In this document: piece after piece, positions 15,161 to 28,834 of the stretch
How the letters are laid out: every line of letters begins with the position of its first letter
Numbering within the stretch: position 1 is the stretch's first letter
Source of the DNA: Cetorhinus maximus
Taxonomy: Eukaryota
Assembly (NCBI RefSeq): GCF_964194155.1
Contig: NC_135904.1
Span: forward strand, 13,206,001 to 13,270,000
Length of the DNA stretch: 64,000 bases
Direction of reading: 5' to 3'
Position numbers and translations under genes: made by a program
The notes under the pieces: generated by a model
What the model saw: only the letters and a program-made list of their open reading frames with translations
Database searches by the model: none
Told to the model about the DNA's origin: nothing

Positions 15161-17369
15161 CAGATATAAGGGAAAGAGAGAGAGAGACAAACACAATATA
15201 GTAACATAGTCAGGGTGGGGGGGATGCCAGCCCCCCCACCCAAGTGTGTATCTGAATGCAAACATCTAGCGTACTTTACAAAATGTACAGGCAGCCTCTT
15301 CAGCCTAAACACACTTCAGACAAAAAAGATGATATTCATAAACTCATTAGAGTGCACATGATGATTTAAAAGTTCTGTACAAAATTCATATACTTAACCT
15401 AGGTTATTAATATACATTGCAGAGTATAGAATGCAATATTTTCAAACTCTGCAAACTCAGACTCGCCACAAGCAACAGGAAGAGACTGTAACTCACAATG
15501 ATGAATAAATAATTCTTTAAATACCTTTTAATTTTGTTTGGAGATTTCAGGTGATACATGCATTACATTAGCAATAAGAAAGACTATGAATAAAGACAGA
15601 ATTCCCAGATCTAATTCAAGACTTACTTTATAAAATCAGTAAAATAAATCAATTTATTTTTGAAAATGTAAGTTCTGAAAGATGCCAGAGCAAGTTTTGG
15701 GATGATGGTTAAATGCTATCTTCATGCTGACATGAAGCAAATTCGGATTCAATTTGGAAATAACATGTCAATTGTCAATCCAGCACATAGACACACCGAG
15801 CCAAAGAGTGTAAGAACCCAATTTCATACATGTCATTTTTCCAACCAGTCCATGCGATCAAGTTTGGGTTTAGGAGATAGCTGGGCAGGACAGCACAAGG
15901 TGATTAATGTTTGTAAACTTACTTATAGACCATTTTTGCTCCTGAATCAACAGCACTACAGACCTGACAGGAGGGATTTTTCTAAGAACTACTTTTCAGT
16001 TGAGAATGGCGACTCTTTCTCTGCTCAAATACCAGTCAATCTTCTGTGGAATTATACACTGGGAATCACAGACAAGTGCAGTCTTTGGATAAACGAAACA
16101 AAGATTTGCATTTATGTAGCACTTTTCACCATCTCGGGAAATTCCAAAACATTTCAGTCAATGAAGTACTTTTGAAGTGTAGTTATTGTTATAATGCAGG
16201 CAATCTGCGTACAGCAAGGTACCATAAACAGCAATCAGGTAAATATCTGCTTTTAAGAAATTTTGGCTGAGGAGCAAGCAACAGCTGGAATGATCCAGCA
16301 AACAGCAATGGAATGAATAGCTAGTAAATCTTCTGGAAGCCTGTCTGGTTATGTTGGTTGAGGGATAAATGTTGGCCCAGAACATTATACAGCACTCCCT
16401 CAGCACTTGGTCAAGTGCCTTCTGGAGTGGGGCTTGAACCCATGACCTCTGGACTCAAAGGCAAATGTGCTGGGCCTCGGCTGCCATTATGGACTGGGGC
16501 AAGAGGGTGCGCAATAAATGAATGAAGGAGCACAGATGTATTTCAGTTTCCATTTTAAAAAGTCATATGCTTTCACTGTTCTATTTCCGTTCTCATTTCC
16601 AGGTTTATAAATACTTTAAATAGCACACTGTAATGATAAACTCCTGCCAGGGTGGGGAAGGTGCACTTACAACATGACAGGTTTCTATAGCTGGTTTCCA
16701 TTATAAATTCCCAAGTCCATGTTAATTATTAGAAAAGTTGACAAAGTTGGAACAAATGCAAAATGTATAATTGGATTCAGGTGTTATAATTTTCAAACAC
16801 CTACTGTCATCTCTCATTCACCTATGTCCGGGCCAATGCATTAGGCATCAAGTCAAATTCTATTTTACTCTAAGGAATTTTTAACCAGCTTTTGAGATTG
16901 AATGTTGCAATGCCAATGATCTTTTCCATATAAAACAAAAACTAGTGACCCTGCCAGTGACAGGTCAAACTTTGTATTTCCTCTCCCTATAGGCTGTGTG
17001 TTTGAAATCAGTAAGTCAGGGGACCTCATGAAATCCAATAAACTTGTGTTTTGGAAGGCATTAATAAATTTCATTGGCTCACTCCAAATTTCAAAATTTC
17101 TGCACAAACTGCAGCACAGCAGTGTGGTTAACTCTGAAATGGCCTAGCAAGCCACTCAGTTCTCAAGGGCAATCAGGGATAAACATCAAAAAATGCTGGC
17201 TAAGCCAGTGGCGCCTCCAGCTCATGAATGAATAAAAAAAGCCGTGACAACAGGATCAATTTCAGAACTGGTCAAATTACATTAAGTAGCCCAGAAACAC
17301 CACTACACATTTGGATATTAGAAACTTCAAGCAAGAATTATAGATAAAAAACACTACTGGATTAACTTC

Positions 17370-17502
17370 TCAGGATTCTGGAATATAAAGCTGTTGTTTT
17401 TCGGATTCATCAAGTCCAACCATCTTTTCACTGAGCTCCCATAGTCTCTTGGCAGCCTCATCATCTCGGGCTTGAGGGGCAGCCTCTTTAGCAGCACAGT
17501 CA
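17370..17502 (-). CDS. Retinol dehydrogenase 11/12/13-like SDR, last coding exon
   Basis: After acceptor ttgacag: (S)DCAAKEAAPQARDDEAAKRLWELSEKMVGLDESEKQQLYIPES*. Contains the typical AxRLWxxSE C-terminal motif; phase matches the preceding exon. Confidence 0.9.
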
Positions 17503-19021
17503 CTGTCAAATATGAACAAGTTGGAATTAGTTTAGCATGTGATGTTAACTGTACATGCTTCACTGGGTGACAGGTTACAATTGGGAAGATGTTGGCTTTG
17601 TGCAATGATGTAAAAGGGTCAATGGCAACTCGGCAGCCTTCTTCTTCAATACAAAGAGATGTAAAACAGGTTGCCAACTTCCTAACAGAGTCAAAAGTCG
17701 ACCCCATATATTTTATTTTGTTTTTAAAACCTTTTGGCTTTCATTCTCGGTGATATGGTTTTATCAACTGAAGGGAAACATAGGTCTCCCACCCACATCC
17801 ATCTGCTCTTTATTCTCTTAGGAGGAGTCAGGACACAGTTTTTTTCCATTGCATTTTCCTTTCATCCAAGTGCCCACACCCTACTCGCAACCCACTGAGA
17901 AAGCACAAATAGATTCAGTATTTTCTGCAGGAGAACTTTACATTGAAAAAGTAGCAAATTATCCAAAGACCCAACGCCACTGTTGATACAAATTGTTTGG
18001 AATATTTTAAAATATCACAATGGATTCCCAAATTATACTGAGTAAGCTGACCTCAGCCAGGAACAGTAATAGTGGCATCATTGGTCTCAAAGGTCCATGG
18101 CTATGTAAGAGAGAATCAGAGATTACAAGCCAAATATTCTCACGCTGTTTTATGTACCTACAAGCATGAATAGTAAGCTTTTCAGATGCAAACTATAAAT
18201 ATTTGTGCATAGTGCATCACCACACGGCCACATGACTATGTTCATGTGCATTGCTCAATGACTATAACACTAATTAGTGTAACCTTACAGGTTACACACT
18301 CTTGTGGACTCTGTCATATTCCTTAAAACAAGGTTTTCAATGGGGTCAATGTGATACACTGTTAAGCTCCAATACAGCAGTAAATTGAAAGAAAGATCGA
18401 TTTGCATTTATATAGCAGCTTTCACAACCTTAGGACATTCCATGGTACATTACAGCCAAGAAACCTTGGAAGTGTAGTCACTGTTGTAATGTAGGAATGC
18501 ACTCAAATTGTACACAGCAAGGTCCCACAACCAGCAAGCTGACAATGGTCAGATAATCTGTTTCAGTCGTGTTGATTGAAGGATAAATATTGGCTGGGAC
18601 ATTAGTGAGAGCTCCATTGCTTTTCTTCGAAATAATGCACCAAGATCTTTTATGTCCTTCCGAGAGAGCAAATGGGGCCTCAACTGAACATTATCCAAAA
18701 AAACGCACCTCCCTCAGTGCTGCACTGAATATTCAAATCTCTGGAAGGGGACTTGAGCCCATGATCCATTGCCCCAGAGGCAAGAGTTCTACCCACTGAC
18801 CCTTAGCCAACACCACTGGACAGATGGTGCCAGACTGCAAAAGACCAGAGAGTTAGAAGTTGGTAATAATTTATTTACTAGTTGCTTCACTGGTGAGTAC
18901 ATTAGTTGTGTTCACTGTCTCAGAAGTCCTGGCAGAGATGTTGAGGACTAAAATTTTCTGGCATTTTCAACTGTGTCATGAAGCAGGCCAACATGATGCC
19001 CAGTAAAGAATTCAACCTCAC

Positions 19022-19229
19022 CTGAAGTACAGGCCACTAACATTGTCAAGTTCCTCAGCAACTGCACAATAGATGGTTGTCTGAGCTCCTTGCCATGGCT
19101 TCTTAAAGGTGAGAAAGGCTATAAGTACCAGGAGAATCCTCCAACATATCGCAAGAGTGGGTACATAATAACGTCCCAGCTCAGTCATTATTACTCCAGG
19201 GTGGAGACAATTAGCAGTTACTCCTGTGC
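19022..19229 (-). CDS. RDH-like SDR coding exon
   Basis: GTGVTANCLHPGVIMTELGRY...PWQGAQTTIYCAVAEELDNVSGLYF; AG/GT boundaries, phases 1 and 2. Confidence 0.92.
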
Positions 19230-20198
19230 CTAAAATAGAGGAAGACATAATTACAAACACACATATGTGGAATATATATATATATATATATATTTTTTTT
19301 TTAAAACTAGTTTGAAGATTGGTTCCTTGGAAATTAGGCTTGTGTTTGATTCATGTCCAGAAATGGACCTGTAAAACTTGCCAAAATTTGGCATCAATTG
19401 GAACAGTGATCATCAGTGCAGGAAGTTGAAATGTTTGAAGCACTCTTCAGAGTTTAGGGTTAAACAATGCAAGTCAGGGTTTAGTAAAAGGAGCTCTTTC
19501 CTTGCACCTGAAAACATGTTATTGCAGACCTGGGAGCACAAAGTTTAAACAACATATTCCACACTCTAGCAGCTATCCTTCAACTTCAAAAGGGCAAGGA
19601 TAAAACGAAACACAAATATTCAATTTAATTAGATCCTAAGGACTAATAACTTAACCTCCTAGCAGCTTGGTCCCAACAATTATCAGCACCACTCCCTGGT
19701 CCCTTCACTTCATAACAAAGACTCTTAAAGAATTTAGTTGACTTTCTGAAGACTGTGCATAGTATTACAAAATATTTACAACACTGAAACAGGCCATTTG
19801 GCCCAGCTGGTCCGTGCCAGTCTTTACGCTCTTCATGAGCCTCCCCTTCACCCTTCTTCATCTAGCCCCATCAACATATTCTTCTATTCCTTTTCCTCTC
19901 ATATGCTTATCCCCTTAAAATATATCTATTCTATTCACCTCAGTAGTTCTTGTAGTAGTGAGTTCCACATTCTCAGCACTCTCTGGGAAAAGAAGTTTTT
20001 CCTGAATTCCCTAATGGGCTTAGTGATTCTAGTCTCACCCACAAATGGATACATCACCTCTACATCTACCCCATAAAACTCTTTCATAATCTTAAAGGTA
20101 TTTATCAGATCACCCTTCAGTCTTCTCATTTATAGGGAAAAGAGCCACAGCCTGTTCAATCTTTCTTGATAATTCTGGTATCATTCTGCAACGCTCAC

Positions 20199-20315
20199 CT
20201 TTTAATTTCTTTGCCAGTTCCCTGGTGAACAGTATATTGGCCAGCTTGCTTTGGCTGTACCCATCACCAGAATTGTAGCCATTGTCCAAATTAATGTCAT
20301 CAAAATGAATTTTCC
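20199..20315 (-). CDS. RDH-like SDR coding exon with catalytic YxxxK
   Basis: [39 protein letters not shown]; tgcag acceptor and gtgagc donor. Confidence 0.92.
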
Positions 20316-20649
20316 CTGCATTTGAGAAAAGAATCAGAACAATGAGTAGCTCATACTGTCTTCAGTCATTGGTGAAATTAAATTATAAAAATGGTTGAAT
20401 GAGAAGCAAATGGGGTCTTTGATGAAGGTGGAATTCTCCCTCTAATCTTTATCCAGATTCTGCAGGTCACATGTGTATCAAATCACAGTTCCTTTTATTA
20501 ATTTAACACAGCAAATGAATTAACATGAACAGACTTTTATTTTAAAATGGAGACAAATTTACATTTGCTAAAACGACGACAACATGTAAACAAGAAACAC
20601 AAAGGGTAAAAGTTCACTGGGTGCAAAATATGGATGGCTCTTTCTCAAT

Positions 20650-21551
20650 CCACCAAGGTAGATAGGAAAATAAGTTGTCAAGAGGAGGTAAAGAATTTAC
20701 AAAGGGACTTAGATAGATTAAGTGAGTGGGCAAAAATTTGGCAGATGGAGTGTAATGTGGGAAAATGTGAACTTGTCCACTTTGGCAGGAAGAATAGAAA
20801 AGCAGCAAATTATTTAAGTGGAGAGAGACTGCAGAACCTGGTGGTACAGAGGGATCTGGGTGTCCTGGTATATGAATCACAAAATGTTAGTCTGCAGGTA
20901 CAGCAAGTGATTAGGAAGGCAAATGGAATGTTGGCATTTATTGCAAGGGGAATGGAATATGAAAATTTTACACTACACAGGGTCTTGGTGAGGTCACATC
21001 TGGAGTACAATGTACTGTGTTTGGTCTCCGTATTGGAAAAAATATATAATTGCATTAGAAACACTTCAGAGAATGTTCACTCGACTCTTTCCTGGGATGA
21101 GGGGCTTATGAGGACAGGTTGAACAGGTTGGGCCTGTATCCATTGGAGTTTAGAAGAATAAGAGGTGATCTTATTGGAACATATAAGATCCTGAGGGGAT
21201 TTGATAGGGTGGATACCAGGAGGGTGTTTCCACTTATGGGGGAGACTAGAACTAGATACAGTTTAAGAGGTCTATCGTTTAAGACAGAGATTAGGAGATA
21301 TTTTTTATCTCAAAACATCGTTACATATATGGAATTCTGTTCCCCAGAAAGCAGTGGAGGCTAGGTCATTGAATTTATTCAAGACAGAGTTAGACAGATC
21401 TTTGAAAGGCAAGGGAGTCAAGGGTTATGGGGGGCATACGGGAAAGTGGAGCCGAGACCAAAACCAGATCAGCCATGATCTTATTGAATGGCAGAGCAGG
21501 CTTGAAGGGCTGAATGGCCTACGCCTGCTCCTAAGTCCTATGTTCCTATGT
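20650..21551 (+). mobile_element. CR1-type LINE, 5'-truncated
   Basis: LQRDLDRLSEWAKIWQMECNVGKC...QRDLGVLV...RGDLIGTYKILRGFDRVD, plus 3' UTR ending gaatggcct...cctatgttcctatg. Confidence 0.88.
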
Positions 21552-22599
21552 CATCTACCCCTCAGGTAGATATACAGAGCCAATTCAGCTCCATTCAACT
21601 AACCTCAGAATAATGGCTAGGCCAGTGGGCCAAGTAGAGAATGTCGACTGGAATTTAAGCCCTGCATTACCAGGACAAGTATCACCTCAACAGGATAGAC
21701 GGGAAGAGAAAATCAATGAGTTCACCTGGATAGAGTCCAAAAGTATTTTAGGGACAGGCCCCAGGAAACAATGAATTGGGTGAAGATCTTGTTGATCTTA
21801 CAGGAAGCTCCAGACTACTTGTTGACACCTCACATATGATGTTCAACCAAAGTCCTGCCTGCCCTCTCATGGTCCTAAAAGATCATGATAATATTTTGAA
21901 GAAGAGTACGAGTTATATCCAGTACTTATCCCTCAACCCATCACTAAAACAAAAAGTGTCCAGGGAGCACTAGAAATAGCTCGAGTCTGTCCCTTTATAC
22001 AATGATCCAATCTCGGGGATTTAGGAGAGGGAGTTCCAACAGCTCCAAGAATTTCTAGCTTGTACTTATTCCCTGCCTTTGTTCCTACAGATCTATTTAT
22101 AGAAGATAAACTATTTTCCATGGCTTACAGCAAAAAAAAAATTATTTGAAACAGTTCTTCAGGACTCCCTATCATGCTGGAGGAATTCCCTCAAGCCTCA
22201 CCTGGCTGGAAAGGAGATTCTCAAATCCCTCACTCTTTGAAAAGGAGGCCACATATTCTACTCAGCACAAATACCCGGAATACCCTAATCTACTTGTTCA
22301 CATTTTGAATTGTGTCCCAGCAGTTAGTTCTCACTCTTCCTTGCCAGTACAGGAGTTGGAGGCTTTTAATTAAACCCTGAAGTAGGCTTTGGAGTTCATT
22401 TACTGGATTCAGTTGAAGCTGTAGTTTAATCTCAAGACCACAAGAGAGCAGAGATTTTTCATTACTGGAAGCTAAGATAATGAGAGCAGAGCGTATAGTG
22501 GAAAAAATTGCAGCTGGTATCAAGGGTACGAGCAAAGTTTATCTTATAAGTACATCAAGAGAAAGTTCTAAAGAGTACATGGACCCATTAACATCAGGT

Positions 22600-23930
22600 A
22601 AGAAATAGGAGCAGGAGTAGGCCACACAGGACCTTGACCGTGGCCACCCACCATTCAATAAGATCATGACTGATCTTCAGCCTCAACTGCACTTTCCTGT
22701 CCATCACTTGTTTCACATTTAGGGATCTCAGTCATGAACATACGCAATCCACAGATGTCTGGGATAGACTATTTCAAAATTACACCTCTCCAAGAGAAGA
22801 CATTTCGCCTCATCTCAAACCAAAATGGTCAGCCTCTTATACTCAGGCTGCCTCCTGGTTCTAGATTCTCCAGCCGAGGAAGTAGTCCCTCAGTTTTTAA
22901 CCCTGTCACGCCCTCTCAGAATTGTATACATCTCAATGAGATCAACCTCTTATTCATGTAAACTTCAGAGAATATAGGATAACCTCACTGATTCCTGGAA
23001 CAAGAGAGCTGTCCATTCTAATAAACCTTCATGCATATCTCCCCACTTCCACACACCCCCTCCCCACTTTACGCAGGGAAACCAAAATCGTACAAACTGT
23101 ATTCCAGATGTGGTCTCAACCTAGCTCCATATAATAGAAGCAAGACTTCCTTGTCTTATATTCCAGCCCCTTTGCAATAAAAGCTAACATAACATTGCCT
23201 TTCCTAATTGCTTGCTGTACCTTTATGTTAACTGTTAAGTGTACAAGGACATCTAAATCCATTTGAATACCAACATTTACTAGCCTCTCACCATTTAAAA
23301 ATATCCTACATTTTAATTCTCCATACCAAATTGGATAATTTCACACTTCCCCACATTATAGTCCATCTGCCAACTACTTGCCAACTCACTTAAATCAATA
23401 TTCATTTTCAACTTCCTTGCATCCATCCTCCTGGCAGTTTACTTTTGCAGTGAGCTTTATATTGTAAACAAACTTGGATACATTACACTCAAGTTCATCA
23501 TCTAAATCATTGATATAGAATATAAATAGCTGAGACCCAAGCACTGATCCTTGCAGTACCCCATTAGTTACAGCCTGCCAAGCCAAAAATGACCTATTTA
23601 TTCCTGTTCTGTTTTCTGCCCGTTAACCAACTCCAAATCCATGCTAATATATTACCACCTAATTTTTCCCTATTCTTACATAAAACCTTTCGTTTTGCAA
23701 CATATTGAATGCCTTTTGAAAAATCCACAAATACTACATCCACTGGTTCCCCTTTATTTATCCTGTTAGTTACACATTCAAAAACACTAAGATTTGTCAA
23801 ACATGATTTCCCTTTCACAAGATCATGTTGACTCTGAAGATCTTAACATGATTTGAAAAAGTGCCCTGTTACCACATCCTTAATGACAGATTCTCACATT
23901 TCCTACTATTGATGTCAGGCTAACTAGCCT
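22600..23930 (-). mobile_element. CR1-type LINE, decayed
   Basis: KGKSCLTNL...VDVVFVDFSK and NGVLQGSVLGSQLFIFYINDLD RT motifs, with frameshifts. Confidence 0.85.
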
Positions 23931-24846
23931 AAGGAACAAGGCCCCAACTCTTCCCTTAATTTGTTGTGTTCTGAAACTTACTGTAATCCCCCGAGTAGGT
24001 GAAATTTAAAAAAAAATTGAAATAAAGCTCACCATCACTCCAATTGTTGCCACATTTTATTTCCAAATACTGGAAATCCTATAATTGCAGTGACGAGAAT
24101 GCTCAAATAAAGCTAGTTAAATCATTCACATCAGAAATAACCTCTTTATTTAAAAAGTGGCTGCATCCAACCTTTAAGAAAATTAAACTTTCACTCAGAA
24201 CATCCAGGCATGCCCCAGGAAGTTTCTTTCAAGAGTTTTAAAAGATACAATTTTAGCAGCAGCTTTACCCCAAGTTCCACAACAGTAATTCCTGTGATCT
24301 TTTCAGCTTGTGTGTTTAGCTAAAGCACATCAGCTGCTTGCAGATTATTCCAGATTCTCAGTAAGCCCCAGTTTTACAAAGTGTCAATTTAGCTAGTTTA
24401 TTATATTCCGTGATGTATATTGCCAGGTCTCTGTCCTTGTTATTCGCCTTCATGCAGCTCTCTCCTTCCTGTCTTTGCTGGGTTACAATTCCACAGGTAC
24501 CCCTCTTATGCAGCCAAAGTGGCCATTATCCAGGATAGAGTTTAACAGCAATTGTTAGCAGGCAGGCTGTTCAATCAAAGGGGGCATCACAGCTGAACCA
24601 GATCCAGTCCACCACCATCAAGTCCTATGTTCCTGTTAATCAGGGTTGCTGGATACTGATGAAGAGACTAGCTTATTTCTCACTTCCCATCTCCTGCTTC
24701 CCCATCTTCCAAAATGCCAGCAACAAACATCTGACCTTTGTCCCCAAGGTTAGCTAAATAAGCATAGTTGGGGGGATAGCTAGAACTTTCCTGGTCTACA
24801 GAGTTCAGCTATGCACTGTGTCGCTACAAGCAGGCAGTAAACTAAC

Positions 24847-25008
24847 CGTAACTGTGTGCTAAACTGGATACTGTAACAATTCGGCTGGGCGCGGACTTCT
24901 TCAGCAGGTCCAGCAGGAGGTTAGTTACCAGAAAATGACCCAGATGATTAACTCCAAGCTGCATCTCAAAACCATCTTCAGTCTTCCGCTTAGGGCACCT
25001 AAAGACAC
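24847..25008 (-). CDS. RDH-like SDR coding exon
   Basis: [54 protein letters not shown]; phase 1 at both ends. Confidence 0.93.
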
Positions 25009-26059
25009 CTGGAGACAAATGGACAGTCACATGATAACACATGAGAAAATGCACTCTGAGCGCCAGCCAGAGGGCACGAAACCTAAAGCAAAATGCACGT
25101 TAGTTTTAGATTGCACCTTCCCATGTGTAGAGGATTATTTCAAATAAAATCAGAAGGAAAAAACCTAAATGTCAAAATTGTATTTTTAAAAAAGCTTGCG
25201 CTGTGGGTTCTTGATAGTGTATAGAAAGACTGCAAAATTCTCACAGAGCAAGTGCTGCACTCGTCAGATAAGATGTTAAACTGAGGTCTCATCTGTCTTC
25301 TCAGGTAGATGTAAAATATCTCATATTGCTATTAGAAGAGTAGTGCAGTCCTAGTGTCCTGTCTAGTATGTAAACTTCAACCAACATTATTAAAATTGAT
25401 GATCTGGTCATTTTTCTCATGGAGAGACCTTGTTGTGCACAAATTGCTATTGGCCCGGATTTTGCAGTAGTAATGACAGCAGAACCGTCACAGCTAATGA
25501 GGTGTAACTGGGGTTTTAATAGAGGCATAAATTAATGCTGAAAAACCTCCCTGGCTCTGAAAAGCTAATATATTTGTGAATATTCAAATTTTCCCATTAT
25601 GATAAAAAAATTCACATTTTTAATATAATTATATGTGTTTTAAAAGTTTATATCCTAATCACTTATCTCACTCTTTGTAAAAATTTAAATTAAAAGCAAA
25701 GAATAAACAGTGCATTTTACTTCCTGGTTTGCAGTTTTTGAGAATAGTTGTGATTGGCTTGATGACTGGAGATCACTGGGCTTGGTGCCATATTCAAACT
25801 AACATCAGGAAAGGGCAATCCATACCACAGAGATCGCTAGATCTTTGTGGACTTATATTCCAGTCAGCAGCAAGTGTGGCTGCTTCATTGCTGACCTTAA
25901 AATCCAGGCAATTATGTCAGACAACCATGGCAGCCAAAGACTATGCTTCAAAAGTAATTAATCGGCTGAAAAGCATTTTGAAAGCTTCGAAGATGCAAAG
26001 GGCTTCAAATGAACAAAATTATTTTGCTTCTTTCATTTGCTCCTTAAACCAACACTTAC

Positions 26060-26251
26060 CTGCATTATTGATGAGAATGTCTAAGTGCGTTTCAGTTTCT
26101 GTAATTTTGTTCGCAAATGAACGCACAGACTGAAGTGAGGCCAAATCCAGTTTCTGCACCACGACATTTCCATTCCCACTTGCTATCCTGATCTCATTTG
26201 CTGCCTTTCTGGCTTTATCCAAATCCCGGCAAGCTAATATTACACGAGCCC
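26060..26251 (-). CDS. RDH-like SDR coding exon
   Basis: GARVILACRDLDKARKAANEI...LDLASLQSVRSFA...LDILINNAG; NNAG motif, and ACR suggests NADP(H) preference; gtaagt donor. Confidence 0.93.
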
Positions 26252-26739
26252 CTGCAATCACAAAGTGAGGCTGCTAGCATTCTCATTATTAAGTCACAAC
26301 TTATAGCAAAATAGCACAAGAAGAGAACATTCTGCCTATCATGCCCGTGCCAGCTCTTTGATAGAGCTATCAAATTAATTCCACTCCCTTTATTCACTTC
26401 AAATATTTAATACAAGGAAAGTGATCCCAGTATCGAGTGCCAGAGATCAGTCACCTAGCATACATTCCAGCAGGCCATTCTGACATTACAACAGTGACAA
26501 AACTTATTCCATTGGTTGTAAAGCACTTTGCTGAGTTCACGAAAGGCTCTGTGTGGTTTTCATTTCCTACAGGGACAATGCAGTAACAGGGCATGCAGGC
26601 TTAATCATTGCAGAATTAGAATTGGTTGACCATAAACCAAAAATGCAATTTCATCCTCAGGCCGTCAAATATGTTGACATATATAAAAAAACAAGTAGCC
26701 ACACACGAAACAAAGCATTACAGTTAAGGGCAGGATTAC

Positions 26740-26880
26740 CTCTCTGAGCAAGGGCCCTGGCAGTCTCCTTTCCAATCCCAACATTAGCACCAGTGATGAT
26801 CACCGTTTTTCCATCCAGTCGCGCTTTACTTTTACAAACCCCACCACAACACCATCGCCGTAGAAGAATGAATCCAATTC
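26740..26880 (-). CDS. RDH-like SDR coding exon with Rossmann TGxxxGxG
   Basis: (G)[46 protein letters not shown]; it starts at an acceptor, so an upstream exon is required. Confidence 0.92.
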
Positions 26881-27997
26881 CTACAGAATCATTAACAAAA
26901 CAGGCCAGTCATTACTGATCTTTCCTGCACACTGACCCGATTAATGAAGAGTTGAGAACATCTATCCATTCAACCACGCAAGCTGCCTACGTACTGGCCA
27001 ACGTGGCAGTGTCTGTTTACAAATCAGTAGCTCGTATTTTCCACCCTGCCTCATTATTTTCTGTTGCTGCAAAATGAGATGGAATACTCAGGAGATTGCA
27101 AAGTACTGCCCGAACTATGCAATGGTATTCAGTCCCTTGAAGTATTGGCAAGAAGCAGTGAAAAGCAGGGTTGAGAGAAGGGACAGGACTGAAAGAAGAG
27201 GGGACAGCAATTGGCAAGTCTGGAGCAAGGGATCAGACCATCAGATCCCAACTTAAAATATTATCTAGACTCTCACCTGCCTGCAGCAAGTAGACCCAAG
27301 GATATTGAACATCACTCATTCGCACTTTTCCAGAACTGCTTTATCCAATTCAGGCTCATGGGAAAGGAAATCGAACATTTGGCAGTTAAAATGACAGCAA
27401 GCGCGAATGTATCAGGAAGCACCTGACTGCCATTTTAACCACATGCCAGATAGTCAGAGTTAAAATTGTGCTTGATCCTTTAAGCCCGTAGCCAACACTG
27501 CACTTGGTGTAATTACTTGTTTCACATCTCGGTCATGTTCATCAACTTGCAATTATTGGGTCAGCTATCATGTTTTTATAAGACCCAAGGTGGCTCACTG
27601 ATTAGCACAACAGAAACAGACACCAAGCTAGGAAAGGCTTTCCTTTGGGTCAGGGGTCTCTTGGGCCTCCCTTACCTTGGGGCCCCACCCCAGTCACCTG
27701 CAGGATTATCCCTCGGTTGACTGCTGGGGTGCATTCCCACAGATCTCTAGCTGTGACCGCCTACTGCTGAATTCCCACTGCTACCCACCAGCTAGGTAGT
27801 GGATTTAGCCAGGTTCAAGCAGGGCTCCAGGAACCTTACGGAAGCAAGGCTTGGCTCTTTAGATTGACTTTGTTTCCAGGTCCTCAAGTTCTCCAGGTTC
27901 AGGTGCACCACACCCACGCTGTCCCCGCCTTTAAAAATCAGGGCCCTAGAGGGGGTGGTGGTGGGGGGGAAAAAAAGGATAGAAAATGGGATAAAAA

Positions 27998-28830
27998 AAG
28001 GTCTCCTCTACATCAGGAAGACCAAACGCAGACTGGGTAACAGCTTTGAGGAACACCTCCGGTCTGTCCGCAAGCATGACCCAGACCTTCCTGTCGCTTG
28101 CCATTTCAACACTCCATCCTTCTCTCATGCCCATATGTCCATCCTTGGCCTGCTGCAATGTTCCAGTGAAGCTCAACACAAACTGGAGGAACAGCCCCTC
28201 ATCTTCCGATTAGGCACCTTACAGCCTTCTGGACTTAACATTGAGTTTGACAACTTCAGACCATGAACTCTCTCCTCCATCCTCACCCCCTTTTTTTCAT
28301 CCCCTTTCTTCTACATTTATTTTTATATTTTACCCATTTGTTTTATTTTTATTCATTTACCCGTAGTTTTATCCCCTTTGTTATCCCATTTTCTATCCTT
28401 TTTTCCCTCCACCCCATCCCCTAAAGGGCCATCTGTTACTTGTTCCATGTTGTTCTTTCACACAATGCTATCTTTGTTCTGCTATAATCACATTCTGCTT
28501 TCTTACCTTTACGCCACTATTAGCACCTTTTTTTAAGCACCAACCACTACCATTAACAACCCCGTTGTCCTTTAGTTCATGACAACTTTGTCAATCCTTC
28601 CTTTGTCCCCACCCATCACTGGCCTTTTAACCAGTTCCACCCGCCCCAACCCCCTTAAACAGTATAAATTTCATCACATTTCCACTTCCCTTCAGCTCTG
28701 AAGAAGGCTCATATGGAATCGAAATGTTAACTTTGTTTTTCTCTCTCAATAGATGCTGTCGGGTCTGAGTTTTCCAGCATTTTCTGTTTTTGTTTCAGAT
28801 TTCCAGCATCCGCAGTATTTTGCTTTTATC
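27998..28830 (+). mobile_element. Penelope-like element 3' part (GIY-YIG C-terminus and terminal region)
   Basis: LLYIRKTKRRLGNSFEEHLRSVRKHDPDLPVACHFN...LEEQPLIFRLGTLQPSGLN, followed by a hammerhead-like motif. Confidence 0.85.
28694..28732 (+). ncRNA. Minimal hammerhead ribozyme-like motif in a Penelope terminus
   Basis: AGCT-CTGAAGA-A-GGCTC atatg GAATC-GAAA-TGTT-AACT; core boxes intact, stems imperfect. Confidence 0.55.
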
Positions 28831-28834
28831 TATC

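Noticed and set aside
17354-17707. 117-aa minus-strand ORF
   Set aside because: Off-frame overlap of the real RDH last exon.
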